DNA of 64,000 bases from an uncultured Gammaproteobacteria bacterium (GTDB taxonomy: Bacteria > Pseudomonadota > Gammaproteobacteria > JACCXJ01). A program made the translations under genes and the position numbers. Shown in pieces: positions 42,041 through 52,528 of the stretch. The notes under the pieces were generated by a model. That model did no database searches. It worked only from the letters and a program-made list of their open reading frames with translations, and had not been told where the DNA came from. How positions within the stretch are numbered: the stretch's first letter is position 1; each line of letters starts with the position of its first letter. The stretch lies in contig CAVXTM010000001.1 of NCBI GenBank assembly GCA_963764725.1, positions 192,001-256,000 of the forward strand, given 5' to 3'.

Positions 42041-43174
42041 ATGGCTTCGACAAATAACGATCTCGCCTTGGTGCTAAGCGGCGGCGGCGCCCGCGGCGCC
42101 TACCAGGTGGGATTCGTGCAATCATTGGCTCGCCGGCATCCGGAACTGGAGATCCCCATCATCACCGGTGTGTCGGCCGGGGCCATCAATGCCGCCTATC
42201 TCGCGAGCCAGCCAATGGGCTTTCTTGAACGGGCGGAGACGCTCGCGGGGCTTTGGTCGAGCTTGACCACCGATCAAATATTTCGCGTTGATCTGCTATC
42301 GCTCGCGGGCAACGTCGCGCGTTGGAGCGCCCGGTTGCTCTTAGGGCGGTCTTCAAACCGCGGGAGCGCGCGCAGCATGGTGGACACGGCACCTCTTTGC
42401 GCCATGTTGGAACGGCTGCTGCAGCCCGCGCACCGTTATCTGCCCGGTATCGGGCACAACCTCGCCCGGGGACGCTTGAAGGCCGTGGCTATCACCGCCT
42501 CGAGCTATTCCACCGGCCAGTCCGTGACGTGGGTACAAGGCACCGAACCGGTCCATTCTGAACGCGGTCACCGGAAACTGGTGCGCTGCAAGATCCGGCT
42601 CGATCATATTTTGGCGTCGGCGGCCTTGCCCCTGCTCTTTCCCGCCGTACGCATCAACCGCCGCTGGTTCGGCGATGGCGGGATCCGGATGGCTGCCCCC
42701 CTAGCGCCTGCGGTACATCTCGGCGCCGAGCGCATCCTGGCGGTCTCGACGCGCTTCGTTAACGGCCGTGATGCTATCCCCCAGGTCGATTCCTATCCCC
42801 CTCCGGCTCAGGTCGTCGGCGCATTGTTCAACGCTATCTTTTTGGATGTTTTCGATCACGATGCGGTGCGGCTCCAGCACGTCAACGACCTGATCGGCAA
42901 AATCCCGCTGCAGGAGCGCGGGGATCTCCGTCCGATCAAGCTGCTCCTGCTCCGGCCTTCGCGCGACCTCGGCAAGCTTGCAAGCGAGTACGAGGCCGCC
43001 CTCCCGCACGCGTTTCGGTTCATGACCCGGGGGCTCGGCACGCAGGAGACCCGATCCAATGACATCTTGAGCTTGCTCATGTTTCAGCCCGACTATCTCG
43101 CGCACCTCATCAAAATTGGATATGAGGATGCCGAGGCACGGCGCGGCGAAATCGACGCCTTCCTGGAATCATAG
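42041..43174 (+). CDS. Patatin-like phospholipase
   Basis: GGGARG, GVSAG, DGG. Confidence 0.9.
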   Translation: MASTNNDLALVLSGGGARGAYQVGFVQSLARRHPELEIPIITGVSAGAINAAYLASQPMGFLERAETLAGLWSSLTTDQIFRVDLLSLAGNVARWSARLLLGRSSNRGSARSMVDTAPLCAMLERLLQPAHRYLPGIGHNLARGRLKAVAITASSYSTGQSVTWVQGTEPVHSERGHRKLVRCKIRLDHILASAALPLLFPAVRINRRWFGDGGIRMAAPLAPAVHLGAERILAVSTRFVNGRDAIPQVDSYPPPAQVVGALFNAIFLDVFDHDAVRLQHVNDLIGKIPLQERGDLRPIKLLLLRPSRDLGKLASEYEAALPHAFRFMTRGLGTQETRSNDILSLLMFQPDYLAHLIKIGYEDAEARRGEIDAFLES

Positions 43175-43237
43175 CTGCCTTCCTGTCGGACGCTCCGGTA
43201 ATCCGGTGCCGTCGTGCTTCGGGTATAATGCCCGCCC

Positions 43238-44485
43238 ATGTTCAAGCCGCTCGGTCTCTACATCGGCCTGCGCTACACGCGCGCAAAGCGCCGCAACCAC
43301 TTCATTTCGTTTATATCGATCATTTCAATGCTGGGGGTCGCGGTCGGCGTGACGGCGCTCATCACCGTGATCTCGGTGATGAACGGCTTCGAGAAGGAAC
43401 TGCGGGGGCGCATCCTCGGGGTCACCGCGCATGCAACCATCGTCGAGCGCGGCGGGCCGTTGCGCGATTGGCAGGCCGTGAGCGCCGTGATCGATCGCGA
43501 TCCCCAGGTACGCGGGTCCGCGCCTTTCATACGCGCCGAGGGCATGGCGACGCGCGCGGGCAGTGTGCACGGGGTGATCGTCGAGGGCGTTTTGCCGGAC
43601 CAGGAACCCAAAGTATCGGTGGTGGGCGAGCGCATGCGAACGGGGCGTTTGGCGGATCTCAAGCCGGGCGCGTATAAGATCTTGCTCGGCGCCGCCTTAG
43701 CGCGAGCCCTCCGCGCCGAGGTCGGGGATAAGATCACCTTGGTCGTACCGCAAGCGACGGCGACGCCCGCGGGCATCCTACCGCGCCTCAAGCGCTTTAC
43801 CTTGGCGGGGGTGTTCGAGATCGGCATGCACGACTACGACGCCGCCTTGGCCGTGGTCCATCTCGAGGATGCGGCGCGCTTGTTCCGGATCCAGGGCGGC
43901 GTGAGCGGGATCCGCATCAAGGTCGATGATATGTTTGCCGCGCCGCGCATCAGCCGTGAGCTCATCCGCAGCTTACCCGAACACTATGCGGCCATGGACT
44001 GGACCCAGCAACACGTCAATTTCTTCCAAGCGCTGAAGACCGAGAAGATCGTGATGTACGTGATTCTGATGCTGATCGTGGCGGTCGCGGCCTTCAATAT
44101 TATTTCGACCCTGGTCATGGTGGTCACCGACAAGGCCGCCGATGTTGCCATCCTGCGCACCCTGGGCCTGACACCGAGGGGTATCATGTCGATCTTCATC
44201 GTCCAAGGGACGGTGATCGGCTTTGTCGGGACCTTGCTCGGGCTGCTGGGCGGGGTACAGTTGGCCACGCACGTCGATACCTTGGTCCCGGCGATCGAGC
44301 GGCTCTTTCAAACGCAGTTTCTACCCCCCGATATCTACTACATCAGCGAGTTGCCCTCCGATATGCGCTGGCCGGATGTCATCCGCATCACCGTGATCGC
44401 CTTCACCCTCTGTCTCTTGAGCACCTTGTACCCCGCCTGGCGCGCCTCCCGGACCCAACCCGCGGAGGTCTTGCGTTATGAATAA
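43238..44485 (+). CDS. lolE: Lipoprotein-releasing ABC transporter permease (LolC/E family)
   Basis: FISFIS, SVMNGF, VAAFNI, YPAWRA...LRYE. Confidence 0.88.
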   Translation: MFKPLGLYIGLRYTRAKRRNHFISFISIISMLGVAVGVTALITVISVMNGFEKELRGRILGVTAHATIVERGGPLRDWQAVSAVIDRDPQVRGSAPFIRAEGMATRAGSVHGVIVEGVLPDQEPKVSVVGERMRTGRLADLKPGAYKILLGAALARALRAEVGDKITLVVPQATATPAGILPRLKRFTLAGVFEIGMHDYDAALAVVHLEDAARLFRIQGGVSGIRIKVDDMFAAPRISRELIRSLPEHYAAMDWTQQHVNFFQALKTEKIVMYVILMLIVAVAAFNIISTLVMVVTDKAADVAILRTLGLTPRGIMSIFIVQGTVIGFVGTLLGLLGGVQLATHVDTLVPAIERLFQTQFLPPDIYYISELPSDMRWPDVIRITVIAFTLCLLSTLYPAWRASRTQPAEVLRYE

Positions 44486-45164
44486 CGGGGTGGTGCTCTC
44501 GTGCCGCGACCTGCAGAAATCGTTTTCCGAGGGTGGGCTCGATGTCCACGTGCTCAAAGGCATCGATCTGGCAGTCGACGCCGGTGAATTGATCGCGATC
44601 GTCGGCGCCTCCGGTTCCGGTAAGAGCACCTTGCTGCACCTGCTCGGGGGTTTGGATCTGCCCACGGCCGGCACGGTCGAGGTTTCGGGTGCGCCGATGA
44701 GTGCCCTGAGCGAAGCCGAACGCGGCTTGTTGCGAAATCGCACGCTGGGGTTCGTGTACCAGTTTCATCACTTGCTGCCCGAGTTCACGGCCATCGAGAA
44801 CGTCTCCATGCCGCTCTTAATCGCCGGGGCGAAGGTGCGCGATGCCAAGGCACGGGCGGCTGAAATACTCCAAGCCGTGGGCCTAGGCCAGCGCTTGCAA
44901 CACAAACCGGGGGAGCTGTCGGGCGGGGAGCGTCAGCGGGCGGCGGTGGCGCGCGCGCTAGTGACGCGCCCCACGTGTGTTTTAGCCGATGAGCCGACCG
45001 GGAATCTCGACGAACATACGGCGCAGCAGGTGTTCGAGGTCATGCTTGAGCTTAACCAGGCCTACGGCGCGACCCTGGTGATCGTGACGCACGATATGCG
45101 CTTGGCCCGGCGCATGAACCGCGTGCTGCACCTGACCGAGGGGCGCTTGGAAAACTCTCAATAG
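44478..45164 (+). CDS. lolD: Lipoprotein-releasing ABC transporter ATP-binding protein
   Basis: [28 protein letters not shown]. Confidence 0.95.
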   Translation: MNNGVVLSCRDLQKSFSEGGLDVHVLKGIDLAVDAGELIAIVGASGSGKSTLLHLLGGLDLPTAGTVEVSGAPMSALSEAERGLLRNRTLGFVYQFHHLLPEFTAIENVSMPLLIAGAKVRDAKARAAEILQAVGLGQRLQHKPGELSGGERQRAAVARALVTRPTCVLADEPTGNLDEHTAQQVFEVMLELNQAYGATLVIVTHDMRLARRMNRVLHLTEGRLENSQ

Positions 45165-45688
45165 TCGGTCTCGCGGCGTTGGTTGCGGCGCGCTTTCAGA
45201 CGCCGGAGGAGGTGCAGCCGCCACAGGCACTGAACGCAAAAATAGCCGACCACGGCGCTGGCGGCTCCGAGAAGTAGACACCCGAGCGAGAAAGGCGCCC
45301 AACTTTGGACGAGCACGTTTGTGACCCAGTCGATGGTCGGGTCGAAATCCGCGTTGAGGGGCGGCAGGCCCAGCAACCAGGCGCCTATCTTATAGGCAAT
45401 CACGCTAAAGGGAACGACTGTGATGGGGTTAGTGATCCAGGAAGAGAGGAACACGACCGGGAGGTTCACGCGCAACGCGACGGCGGAGACGGCCGCGAGC
45501 GGGGTGTGGACGGGCAACGGGATGAAGGCGATGAAAAGACCGGTGGCGACGGCCCAGGACGCGGAACGGCGGTTAATATGCCATAAGCTCGGATCATGCA
45601 AGCGATGGCCGAGAAAGCTGACGAAACGGTTACCGGAGAGCTTATGCTTAGCGGGCTGGTAACGCTTAAAGAATTCCTTGGGATGCAC
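45158..45688 (-). CDS. DUF2062 family membrane protein
   Basis: [20 protein letters not shown]; GTG start with GGAG RBS. Confidence 0.82.
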   Translation of the reverse strand: MHPKEFFKRYQPAKHKLSGNRFVSFLGHRLHDPSLWHINRRSASWAVATGLFIAFIPLPVHTPLAAVSAVALRVNLPVVFLSSWITNPITVVPFSVIAYKIGAWLLGLPPLNADFDPTIDWVTNVLVQSWAPFSLGCLLLGAASAVVGYFCVQCLWRLHLLRRLKARRNQRRETDY

Positions 45689-45789
45689 GCTGCTGATCTC
45701 CGTTGGGATGCCGTTGATTCCCGGCGCGCCGGCCGCGACGCTCGCGGTATAGTGATTGTGTGGATTCTCGTCGTCAAGGAAGACGTCAC

Positions 45790-48078
45790 GTGCGTAAGGC
45801 AACGCTAGCTTTTCTGTTCGGCGTCTTAGCGCTACACGCCTTTCCCGATCTTCCCGATACAAGCTTGGGCGCGACCGCCTTGCCGCTCCTCGTGGCGTCA
45901 ATCCGGTTTCACTCCCTGCGCGTTCCGGCGTGGTTTGCGCTGGGGTTTGCGTGGGCTTTGCTCCGGGGGTCATGGATCCTCGCCGCTGGGCTACCGCCGG
46001 CGCTCGAAGGCGAGCCCCTCGTCATCGAGGGATCCGTGGCCGGTCTTCCGCGCGCCTATGAGCGTGCGCTAAACTTCGATATGGACGTGGCGGCTGTGAC
46101 CGGAATGGGTCGGGAATGGCTCTCGCCCGGGCGCGTGCGCCTGAGCTGGTACGGCCGGGAGCGCATCCTCGTTCCCGGGGAGACCTGGCGATTCGCGGTG
46201 AAACTGAAACGTCCGCACGGATTCATGAATCCCGGCGGCTTCGATTATGAAGGCTGGTTGTTTCAGCACCGTATCCGCGCCCTCGGCCATGTCATCGATA
46301 GCCCCCGAAACCGGCGTTTGGAGGCAGCTCGCGGCGCCCTGGTCGATCGGTTGCGCCAGCGGCTGGCCCTGAAGCTCGCGGGGGTGGCACGGCAGTCATC
46401 CCAGGGTAATGTGTTAACGGCCCTGGTGATCGGGACGCAGGACGCCATCGGCGCGGAACAATGGCAGGTCTTCAACCGCACCGGCACCTCGCATTTGGTC
46501 TCGATCTCCGGCCTGCACATCGGGCTAATCGCGCTCCTTGGCTTTTGGGTGGGTCGGTGGCTCTGGTCTCTGCCGGGATTTACCGTCCTGTACCTGGCCG
46601 CTCCGCGCGTCGGCGCGCTCTCGGGAACGCTGGCCGCGCTCGTATACTCGGGTCTCGCGGGCTTTTCGGTGCCTACGCAGCGTTCCTTCATCATGGTCGC
46701 GGTCTTGATGTGCGGGATCATCGTAAACCGCTTGTTCAAAACCATTGACCTATGGTTCATCGCGCTTTTGCTGGTGTTGATCCTAGACCCGTTTAGCGTG
46801 CTGGCACCGGGCTTCTGGCTGTCCTTCGGGGCAGTGGCCTTGATCCTTTATGGGATGCGCGGGCGGGTCGCGCCTTCCGGCCTCTGGTGGCGGATCGCGC
46901 GCCTACATATCGTGGTGGCGATCGGCTTGACCCCGGTGCTGTTGCTGATCTTTGGCCAGAATCCCATCGTGGGTCCGGTCGCGAATCTTCTCGCGGTGCC
47001 GTGGGTGAGCGTGGTGGCGGCGCCGTTGGCCTTGGCCGGCACGGCCTTGTGCTTTGTCTGGGAGTGGGCGGGGATCGCCGTGCTGGATCTGGCGCTAAAA
47101 AACCTGGAGGGACTTTGGGTTTATTTACAGTATCTATCGGAGCTCGATCATGCCACCTGGGTGCGGGCCGTTCCGGTGCCTTGGATCGGCGGGGCGGCGT
47201 TTATCGGAGTCTTGATCGTGCTCGCGCCGCGCGGCATTCCGGCCCGTTGGCTGGGGCTCGTGTGGTTGCTCCCGCTCCTGATCACACCGCCGCCGCGCCC
47301 GAAAGAAGGAGAGCTTTGGTTCACCTTGCTGGATGTCGGACAGGGTCTTTCCGCGGTCGTGCAAACCCGCGACCGCACCTTGGTATACGACAGCGGGCCG
47401 CGGTTCAACGAACGCTTCGACGCCGGCCGCGCGGTGTTGGTCCCCTATCTCAGGCAACACGGCATCGAGCATGTCGATACGCTCGTCGTCAGCCACGGCG
47501 ACAGTGATCACACGGGCGGGCTCGGCAGTCTGCTGGCGGAAGTCTCGGTTGGACGAATTCTCGCGAATGGCCCTATCGGCGGCCGGCGGGTCTCGGTGTG
47601 TCGAGACGGTCAGCACTGGCGCTGGGGCGAGGCAAACTTTTCGCTGCTGCATCCCGCGTTCGATGCAAACGGTTCCGACAACAACCATTCCTGTATCCTC
47701 AAAGTATCGCTCGGGGACAGGTCCGTATTGCTGCCGGGCGATATCGAGGCCAAGGCGGAATACGAGTTATTAGAGCAACACCACGAAAACCTAAAGGCGA
47801 ACATCTTGGTAGCCCCCCATCATGGGAGTAAAACCTCGTCCACGGTAAGCTTTATCGATGCGGTCTCGCCCGACTACGTGCTTTTCTCCGTGGGCTATCG
47901 AAACCGCTACCGCTTTCCTGATGCCGATGTCCTGCGCACCTACCAGGCGCGCGGCGCCATTCCGTTGCTCAGCGCCGAGGAAGGTGCGATTCGGTTTCGC
48001 TTCGGCCCTGGCGCCCGCCGCGCTCCAGAGCTATACCGCAAAGAGAGGAGACGGTTTTGGCGGGCCGATGCCCCTTGA
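45790..48078 (+). CDS. comEC: DNA internalization competence protein ComEC/Rec2
   Basis: NPGGFDYE, HLVSISGLH, LDVGQG, SHGDSDH, PHHGS. Confidence 0.95.
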   Translation: MRKATLAFLFGVLALHAFPDLPDTSLGATALPLLVASIRFHSLRVPAWFALGFAWALLRGSWILAAGLPPALEGEPLVIEGSVAGLPRAYERALNFDMDVAAVTGMGREWLSPGRVRLSWYGRERILVPGETWRFAVKLKRPHGFMNPGGFDYEGWLFQHRIRALGHVIDSPRNRRLEAARGALVDRLRQRLALKLAGVARQSSQGNVLTALVIGTQDAIGAEQWQVFNRTGTSHLVSISGLHIGLIALLGFWVGRWLWSLPGFTVLYLAAPRVGALSGTLAALVYSGLAGFSVPTQRSFIMVAVLMCGIIVNRLFKTIDLWFIALLLVLILDPFSVLAPGFWLSFGAVALILYGMRGRVAPSGLWWRIARLHIVVAIGLTPVLLLIFGQNPIVGPVANLLAVPWVSVVAAPLALAGTALCFVWEWAGIAVLDLALKNLEGLWVYLQYLSELDHATWVRAVPVPWIGGAAFIGVLIVLAPRGIPARWLGLVWLLPLLITPPPRPKEGELWFTLLDVGQGLSAVVQTRDRTLVYDSGPRFNERFDAGRAVLVPYLRQHGIEHVDTLVVSHGDSDHTGGLGSLLAEVSVGRILANGPIGGRRVSVCRDGQHWRWGEANFSLLHPAFDANGSDNNHSCILKVSLGDRSVLLPGDIEAKAEYELLEQHHENLKANILVAPHHGSKTSSTVSFIDAVSPDYVLFSVGYRNRYRFPDADVLRTYQARGAIPLLSAEEGAIRFRFGPGARRAPELYRKERRRFWRADAP
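46217..46331 (+). repeat. Internal comEC segment duplicated at 51577-51691
   Basis: ATGAATCCCGGCGGCTTCGATTATGAAGGCTGGTTGTTTCAGCACCG identical in both copies; offset 5360 bp. Confidence 0.92.
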
Positions 48079-48118
48079 AAAGCCATGTCATTCACACCCG
48101 CAACGGGGGTCAGCTCTC

Positions 48119-48195
48119 GTAGGGTGGAACACCGAAGGTGGTTCCGCCGAACGATTCGCCATCCGGCGGATCGCCCCGACGGGTATCCGCCTTAC
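48119..48195. repeat. GTAG-family REP doublet (REPIN-like)
   Basis: GTAGGGTGGAAC-ACCGAAGGTG-GTTCCGCC ... GGCGGAT-N13-ATCCGCC-TTAC, two inverted hairpin units. Confidence 0.6.
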
Positions 48196-48336
48196 GGTCC
48201 TGGGTGATGTGGTGCGAGACGCCGGCAAACACCGGACGGGCGATTCTTGGCATGCGCCAAGCCTAGCGCAGAATCAAGGTGTGCGTCCTTTATAGGGGCT
48301 GGGGACGTATAACGAATTCTGGGATTATGTTCCTGG

Positions 48337-49406
48337 TTACGCAATCGTGAAAGGGCGTTTCTTGTACTTTGGCTTTTTTACGGATATGGGCTCTGGTCTA
48401 TCAGCGGAAGGTTCTTCATCTTGCGAGAATATGGGAAGGTCGAACGGCGGAAATTCAAGCTTTGGTACTTTTGGCTCTTCATTCCGCGTTGCAAGCCCTT
48501 CTTTAATTGCTTGCTGTGAACTTTCACTGAGCGTTAGCTGCAGTCGAGGTTTCAGTTTATATCGCGCACGTTTCAAAACATGTTCCCCTTCCGTCCCTGC
48601 GGCTTCCCACGTGACAAGCAATACGGCTTCAATTTCGACAGCTCTCAGACGCGTTTCATAGCCGTAGACGTAAAGTTATAGGGCCATGGTCGCTTTTCTG
48701 CGTGGTATATGTACTTCTGGGTTGCCTTAACAATGTCGTAGTTTAAGGAGTGAATAGACACGTCGCTTAACGGTAGGGGATCTTGCTCTTGACGTACTAA
48801 TTGCGGTAATAATTTCTCGGCGACTCTTTTTTCGATTATCGGGTACCAGTTGTCTACGTACTTAGAAACGCGTGGCAATAAGCGTTCTGCTAAACGGCGT
48901 AAAAAAGGTTGTACTTCTAGTACCGTGTAGCCAGGGTAGAGCGGATCGAAGTAACGCGTGTGTACTGATTGTGCTAACCCAAATGAAATAAGCAGTTGCT
49001 CAAAATCGATGTCGTCAAATGAATTGGTTATCGATTCTTGAGGCTTTAACCTCCCGTAACAAAACAGCCTAGTTGTTTTGGTCGGCCGTCGCCACCGGAA
49101 CAACGTGCGGGCGGGTCTAAAGTGAATCACACTTCTTATATTGATGGCATCTATGGTGCCATTGCAGTGAATCCAAATTGCTGGATGTAAGTTGGGATAG
49201 ATTGAGCTACAACCCAACACAATTTGTAAGTCTGGATAATGAGAGCGGCGAAATAACCGGCGAGTATGACGATAGTTGAGAACTGAAGTAATTGCTGAAG
49301 TAATTAAAGCAATGAACGAGACTAAAAGGCTTAAGTTTTTCATTTGGATGTAACGCAACATACTGTTTCGCCGGTAAGAAATACGAAGCAGGTTCAGATA
49401 GTACAC
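48337..49406 (-). pseudogene. Low-GC hypothetical protein with N-terminal TM, possibly frameshifted near 48670
   Basis: ORF 48645-49406 plus an overlapping open frame (YVYGYETRLRAVEIEAVLLVTWEA...) ending at 48337. Confidence 0.4.
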
Positions 49407-49474
49407 GGGGCATCCTACTGGCAGGAAGACGAGTCTACGTATAGGATTTTGCGGCTACGGTGCCATGCGGGAAG

Positions 49475-51232
49475 TTATGCCTGCTTGCCCACCGAAATGA
49501 GCAAATCACGGATGTCCTGGGCAATAACCTCTGGGGAAAGGGATGCGACAAGATGACCACGAGTGATCGGCTTCGATGTCTTATTATTGAGAACCTTTAG
49601 CGTTTCCCGCAGAGCCTCTTTTCCCGGGAAGACTCGCTGGATCACGTTAACGGAGTTGAGATCTAAGCTATCGAACCACTTATCGACTTCTACTTCAAGG
49701 TCCGGATCCTTCCAACGTTTGCCGTCTACGAGATGCCGGTTCAAGCTCTTTGCAGTCTCTCTACTCTTGTGCCTTGCATCCGCCTTCACGGCCTGGGCAG
49801 CTGTGAGGATTGCGCTTTTCCCGTCGGCCTCAGTTACCTTCCGTTTTACAAATGTTGCCGCCTTCTCGAAGAGAACGGGTTCGAGTAGGTAATTCTCAAT
49901 TTCATGCCTTTCCAATAGATGCGGCACAACGCCGTCCCCTTTCTGTGACTCGAGAAAGGGGCCAACGATGAATTCTGGCATTCCGTCGCGGTCTTGAACA
50001 AAAGTCAGATCAAACTTCGTCCCGGTGAGTTCCTTCAACACGTTCCCGAGTGCTGCGATCGAACGAAAATTACCGACACCTTTCGCGGGGAGTACATATG
50101 AACTGCTCTTAGTCGAGAACAGAGGGTTCCCGATCGCTTTGTCGATGGCTTTGAGGATAGTCTGATCTTCGTCTTCGATTACAACTAGACGTTTGGAAGA
50201 TAGCAGACGGGACAGGGCTGATACGTCTACGACATTGGCGTCAACCAGTGCGCTTACAAGATCGGTGTTCTTTCCAATCGGTGACACGCTCTTCTTGGTC
50301 GAATCGATGACAAGCACTTCGTTTGTCGAGAACGTGTCAATCAAATCTAGAGAGTGTGTACTAAGAAATACCTGAGCATCGAGATCCTTAGCAACCCGAC
50401 GAAAGAGCTCGCCGAGCCGTGCCTGCAGTTTGCTGTGCAAGTGGGCATCGGGCTCGTCGATAAGAAGAACTTTTGGCTGAGCGAGATAGAGGTACGTGAG
50501 CATCTGGATGACTTGTTGAAGCCCGGAGCCGGAGGAAACCACATCGAAGTGAGTCATCTTCTCCTCGTATTTTACGGTTACGAATTCATCTGCATCTTGG
50601 TCGAAAGTGACGGTATGTACGGTAACGCCGAAAAGATCTTTAAGCCACTCATTGATCTGCTCAACATGATTTGCGTTGCTCGCATTCAACTGCTGAAGGC
50701 TGCTGCGAAAGATCTCGGAGTATCGGCCCTGCGTAGCGAGAGCGTTTCTTCGGGCTCGGGTGGCATACGGTTCGGTGACAAGGACACCTACCAAGCCCGG
50801 AATAAAAGCGACCTGCGTACCAAGGTAAGATAAGACCTTTTTCGCGGTCAAGTTTTTCGGCAGTTCCTCAGCCGAAACATGAATCTGGCCGAACTGCTGG
50901 CGAAGAACGACCGCGAACGTCACGTCATCATCAAAAGTAACGGATATGGTTAGCGCCTTGCCTGCTTGGAGGTGGTGCCAAAGTTCTCGGATGTCGGGGG
51001 TAGGGGCAATCTCTTCGGCCCCGGATAAGAATCGACGATGATAATCCGCTACCGGCGGATCGCCCTGGACCGTTACGTGGCCATGCATCAGAAGGAAGAA
51101 CGCCCGAATAGCATGCAATACGCTGGTCTTACCGCAGTTGTTCGGCCCGACGAGAACATTGAACTCCCCGACCTCAAAGGTAGTGTCGGCAAACTGTCGG
51201 AATCGCTGCAGGCAAATTCTCTTTATTTTCAC
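49475..51232 (-). CDS. ABC-type (AAA_15/21) ATPase fused to a Toprim-like nuclease (OLD/PARIS-like)
   Basis: GPNNCGKT, SGSG, LLIDEPDAHLH, STHS; C-terminal VVIED, DRD, EIENYL. Confidence 0.8.
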   Translation of the reverse strand: MKIKRICLQRFRQFADTTFEVGEFNVLVGPNNCGKTSVLHAIRAFFLLMHGHVTVQGDPPVADYHRRFLSGAEEIAPTPDIRELWHHLQAGKALTISVTFDDDVTFAVVLRQQFGQIHVSAEELPKNLTAKKVLSYLGTQVAFIPGLVGVLVTEPYATRARRNALATQGRYSEIFRSSLQQLNASNANHVEQINEWLKDLFGVTVHTVTFDQDADEFVTVKYEEKMTHFDVVSSGSGLQQVIQMLTYLYLAQPKVLLIDEPDAHLHSKLQARLGELFRRVAKDLDAQVFLSTHSLDLIDTFSTNEVLVIDSTKKSVSPIGKNTDLVSALVDANVVDVSALSRLLSSKRLVVIEDEDQTILKAIDKAIGNPLFSTKSSSYVLPAKGVGNFRSIAALGNVLKELTGTKFDLTFVQDRDGMPEFIVGPFLESQKGDGVVPHLLERHEIENYLLEPVLFEKAATFVKRKVTEADGKSAILTAAQAVKADARHKSRETAKSLNRHLVDGKRWKDPDLEVEVDKWFDSLDLNSVNVIQRVFPGKEALRETLKVLNNKTSKPITRGHLVASLSPEVIAQDIRDLLISVGKQA

Positions 51233-51576
51233 GAACGACCTCGAGCACCGAAAGGACCTAACGACTAAGCATCAGCCGCCGCGAGCGAAGATCGCAATAG
51301 GGTGTATTAGGGCGAATGCGACTGCGCCGACCGTCTTGGCCAACAGAAGGAAGCGAACCTTTACAACGATAGGACTTTCCACGGGATTTCGCAACGGTAA
51401 ACGGTTCGCTTGGACCCTGTCGCGGAACGACTCAGGTGCTGTACAAGGGGATACGGCCCATTCCCGATCGTCCCGGTACGCTTTCGGGTGCGAAGTATAG
51501 GGTTGGAGGGTGGTCACCGGCGACAAGCCTTCTGCGCCATCGGTGTAAAAATCAGTTTTAGAATGTAACATCCTAT

Positions 51577-51691
51577 ACGGCTTTATGAATCCCGGCGGCT
51601 TCGATTATGAAGGCTGGTTGTTTCAGCACCGCATCGGCGCGCTCGGCCATGTGATCGAAAGCCCCCGAAACGGGCGCTTGGAGGCCGCTCG
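51577..51691 (+). repeat. Diverged copy of an internal comEC segment
   Basis: Encodes GFMNPGGFDYEGWLFQHRIGALGHVIESPRNGRLEAAR. Confidence 0.92.
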
Positions 51692-51700
51692 GGCGCCCGC

Positions 51701-52252
51701 TTAAGGCAGGAGATCGGCGACCGCGACCGCCCGGCTCGCCCCGCTCGGCACGAGCGTTTCACCCTTTGTTACAATACGGTGCTCAAGATAATCTGAGCCT
51801 TGCGGGTTCCGGCAGACCTCGAGCACGCCCTGGATGAGGTTGACCAGCCAGTATTCCGGGACCCCATTTCGGGCATACAGCACCCGCTTTGTGGAACGGT
51901 CGTAGGCGAGCGTGGTGTCGGCGATCTCCACGAGGAGCACGGCGTTGGTCGGGTGGCTCGTGAGGAAGTCCCGCGGCCTGCCCGGGACGATCGCGAGATC
52001 GGGCTCCGGTGCCGAGCCGGCGTCCAGGGCTACGGGAGACTGGATGCGGACGACATAGCGGTCTCCGTACGCACGGCGCAAGGCGTCGTGGAGGAGGCAG
52101 AGGGCCACCGCGTGCGGTTCGTTCTGAGGCTCCATATCCACGATCTCCCCGTCGATCAACTCCAGGCGTTGGTCGGGCTCGAAGCCTCCGAGCCGCACTA
52201 CACGCTCATATTCCTCGCGCGTCCAACGATGAGGCTTGGGGAGGGTGCTCAT
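51701..52252 (-). CDS. Uma2 family endonuclease
   Basis: RLELIDGEI, PEPDLAIV, LLVEIA, YARNGVPEYWLVNL. Confidence 0.9.
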   Translation of the reverse strand: MSTLPKPHRWTREEYERVVRLGGFEPDQRLELIDGEIVDMEPQNEPHAVALCLLHDALRRAYGDRYVVRIQSPVALDAGSAPEPDLAIVPGRPRDFLTSHPTNAVLLVEIADTTLAYDRSTKRVLYARNGVPEYWLVNLIQGVLEVCRNPQGSDYLEHRIVTKGETLVPSGASRAVAVADLLP

Positions 52253-52528
52253 GACAACAAACATAGTCTCACGGTGGGCCTGAAACAAGCTACCGGCGGC
52301 TGAGAGACGGGGAAGAGCACACAGGCTGGGCTGAGGTCACGAAGCTCATCAATCGCGAACGATGCGCCTCCTTCGTTGGCACATCCTACGAGCTCAGCCA
52401 ATGTTATACAGAATGACTTCGACAAATCTGCAAGATCCTTTACAAAACAAACCGGGCACATGGTTTACATCCATTATGGTATTGGCGAGGAGGAAACGCC
52501 AACGCCGTTGGGCGCAGGTAAATCACTC

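Noticed and set aside
48305-48335. dif/XerCD site (CGTATAA...TTATGTT)
   Set aside because: Spacer is 12 bp rather than 6 and the XerD arm is incomplete
30007-51698. Diverged repeats as DGR template/variable repeats
   Set aside because: Mismatches are not confined to adenines and no DGR RT is present
52249-52461. Possible HTH remnant upstream of Uma2
   Set aside because: Similarity too weak to support
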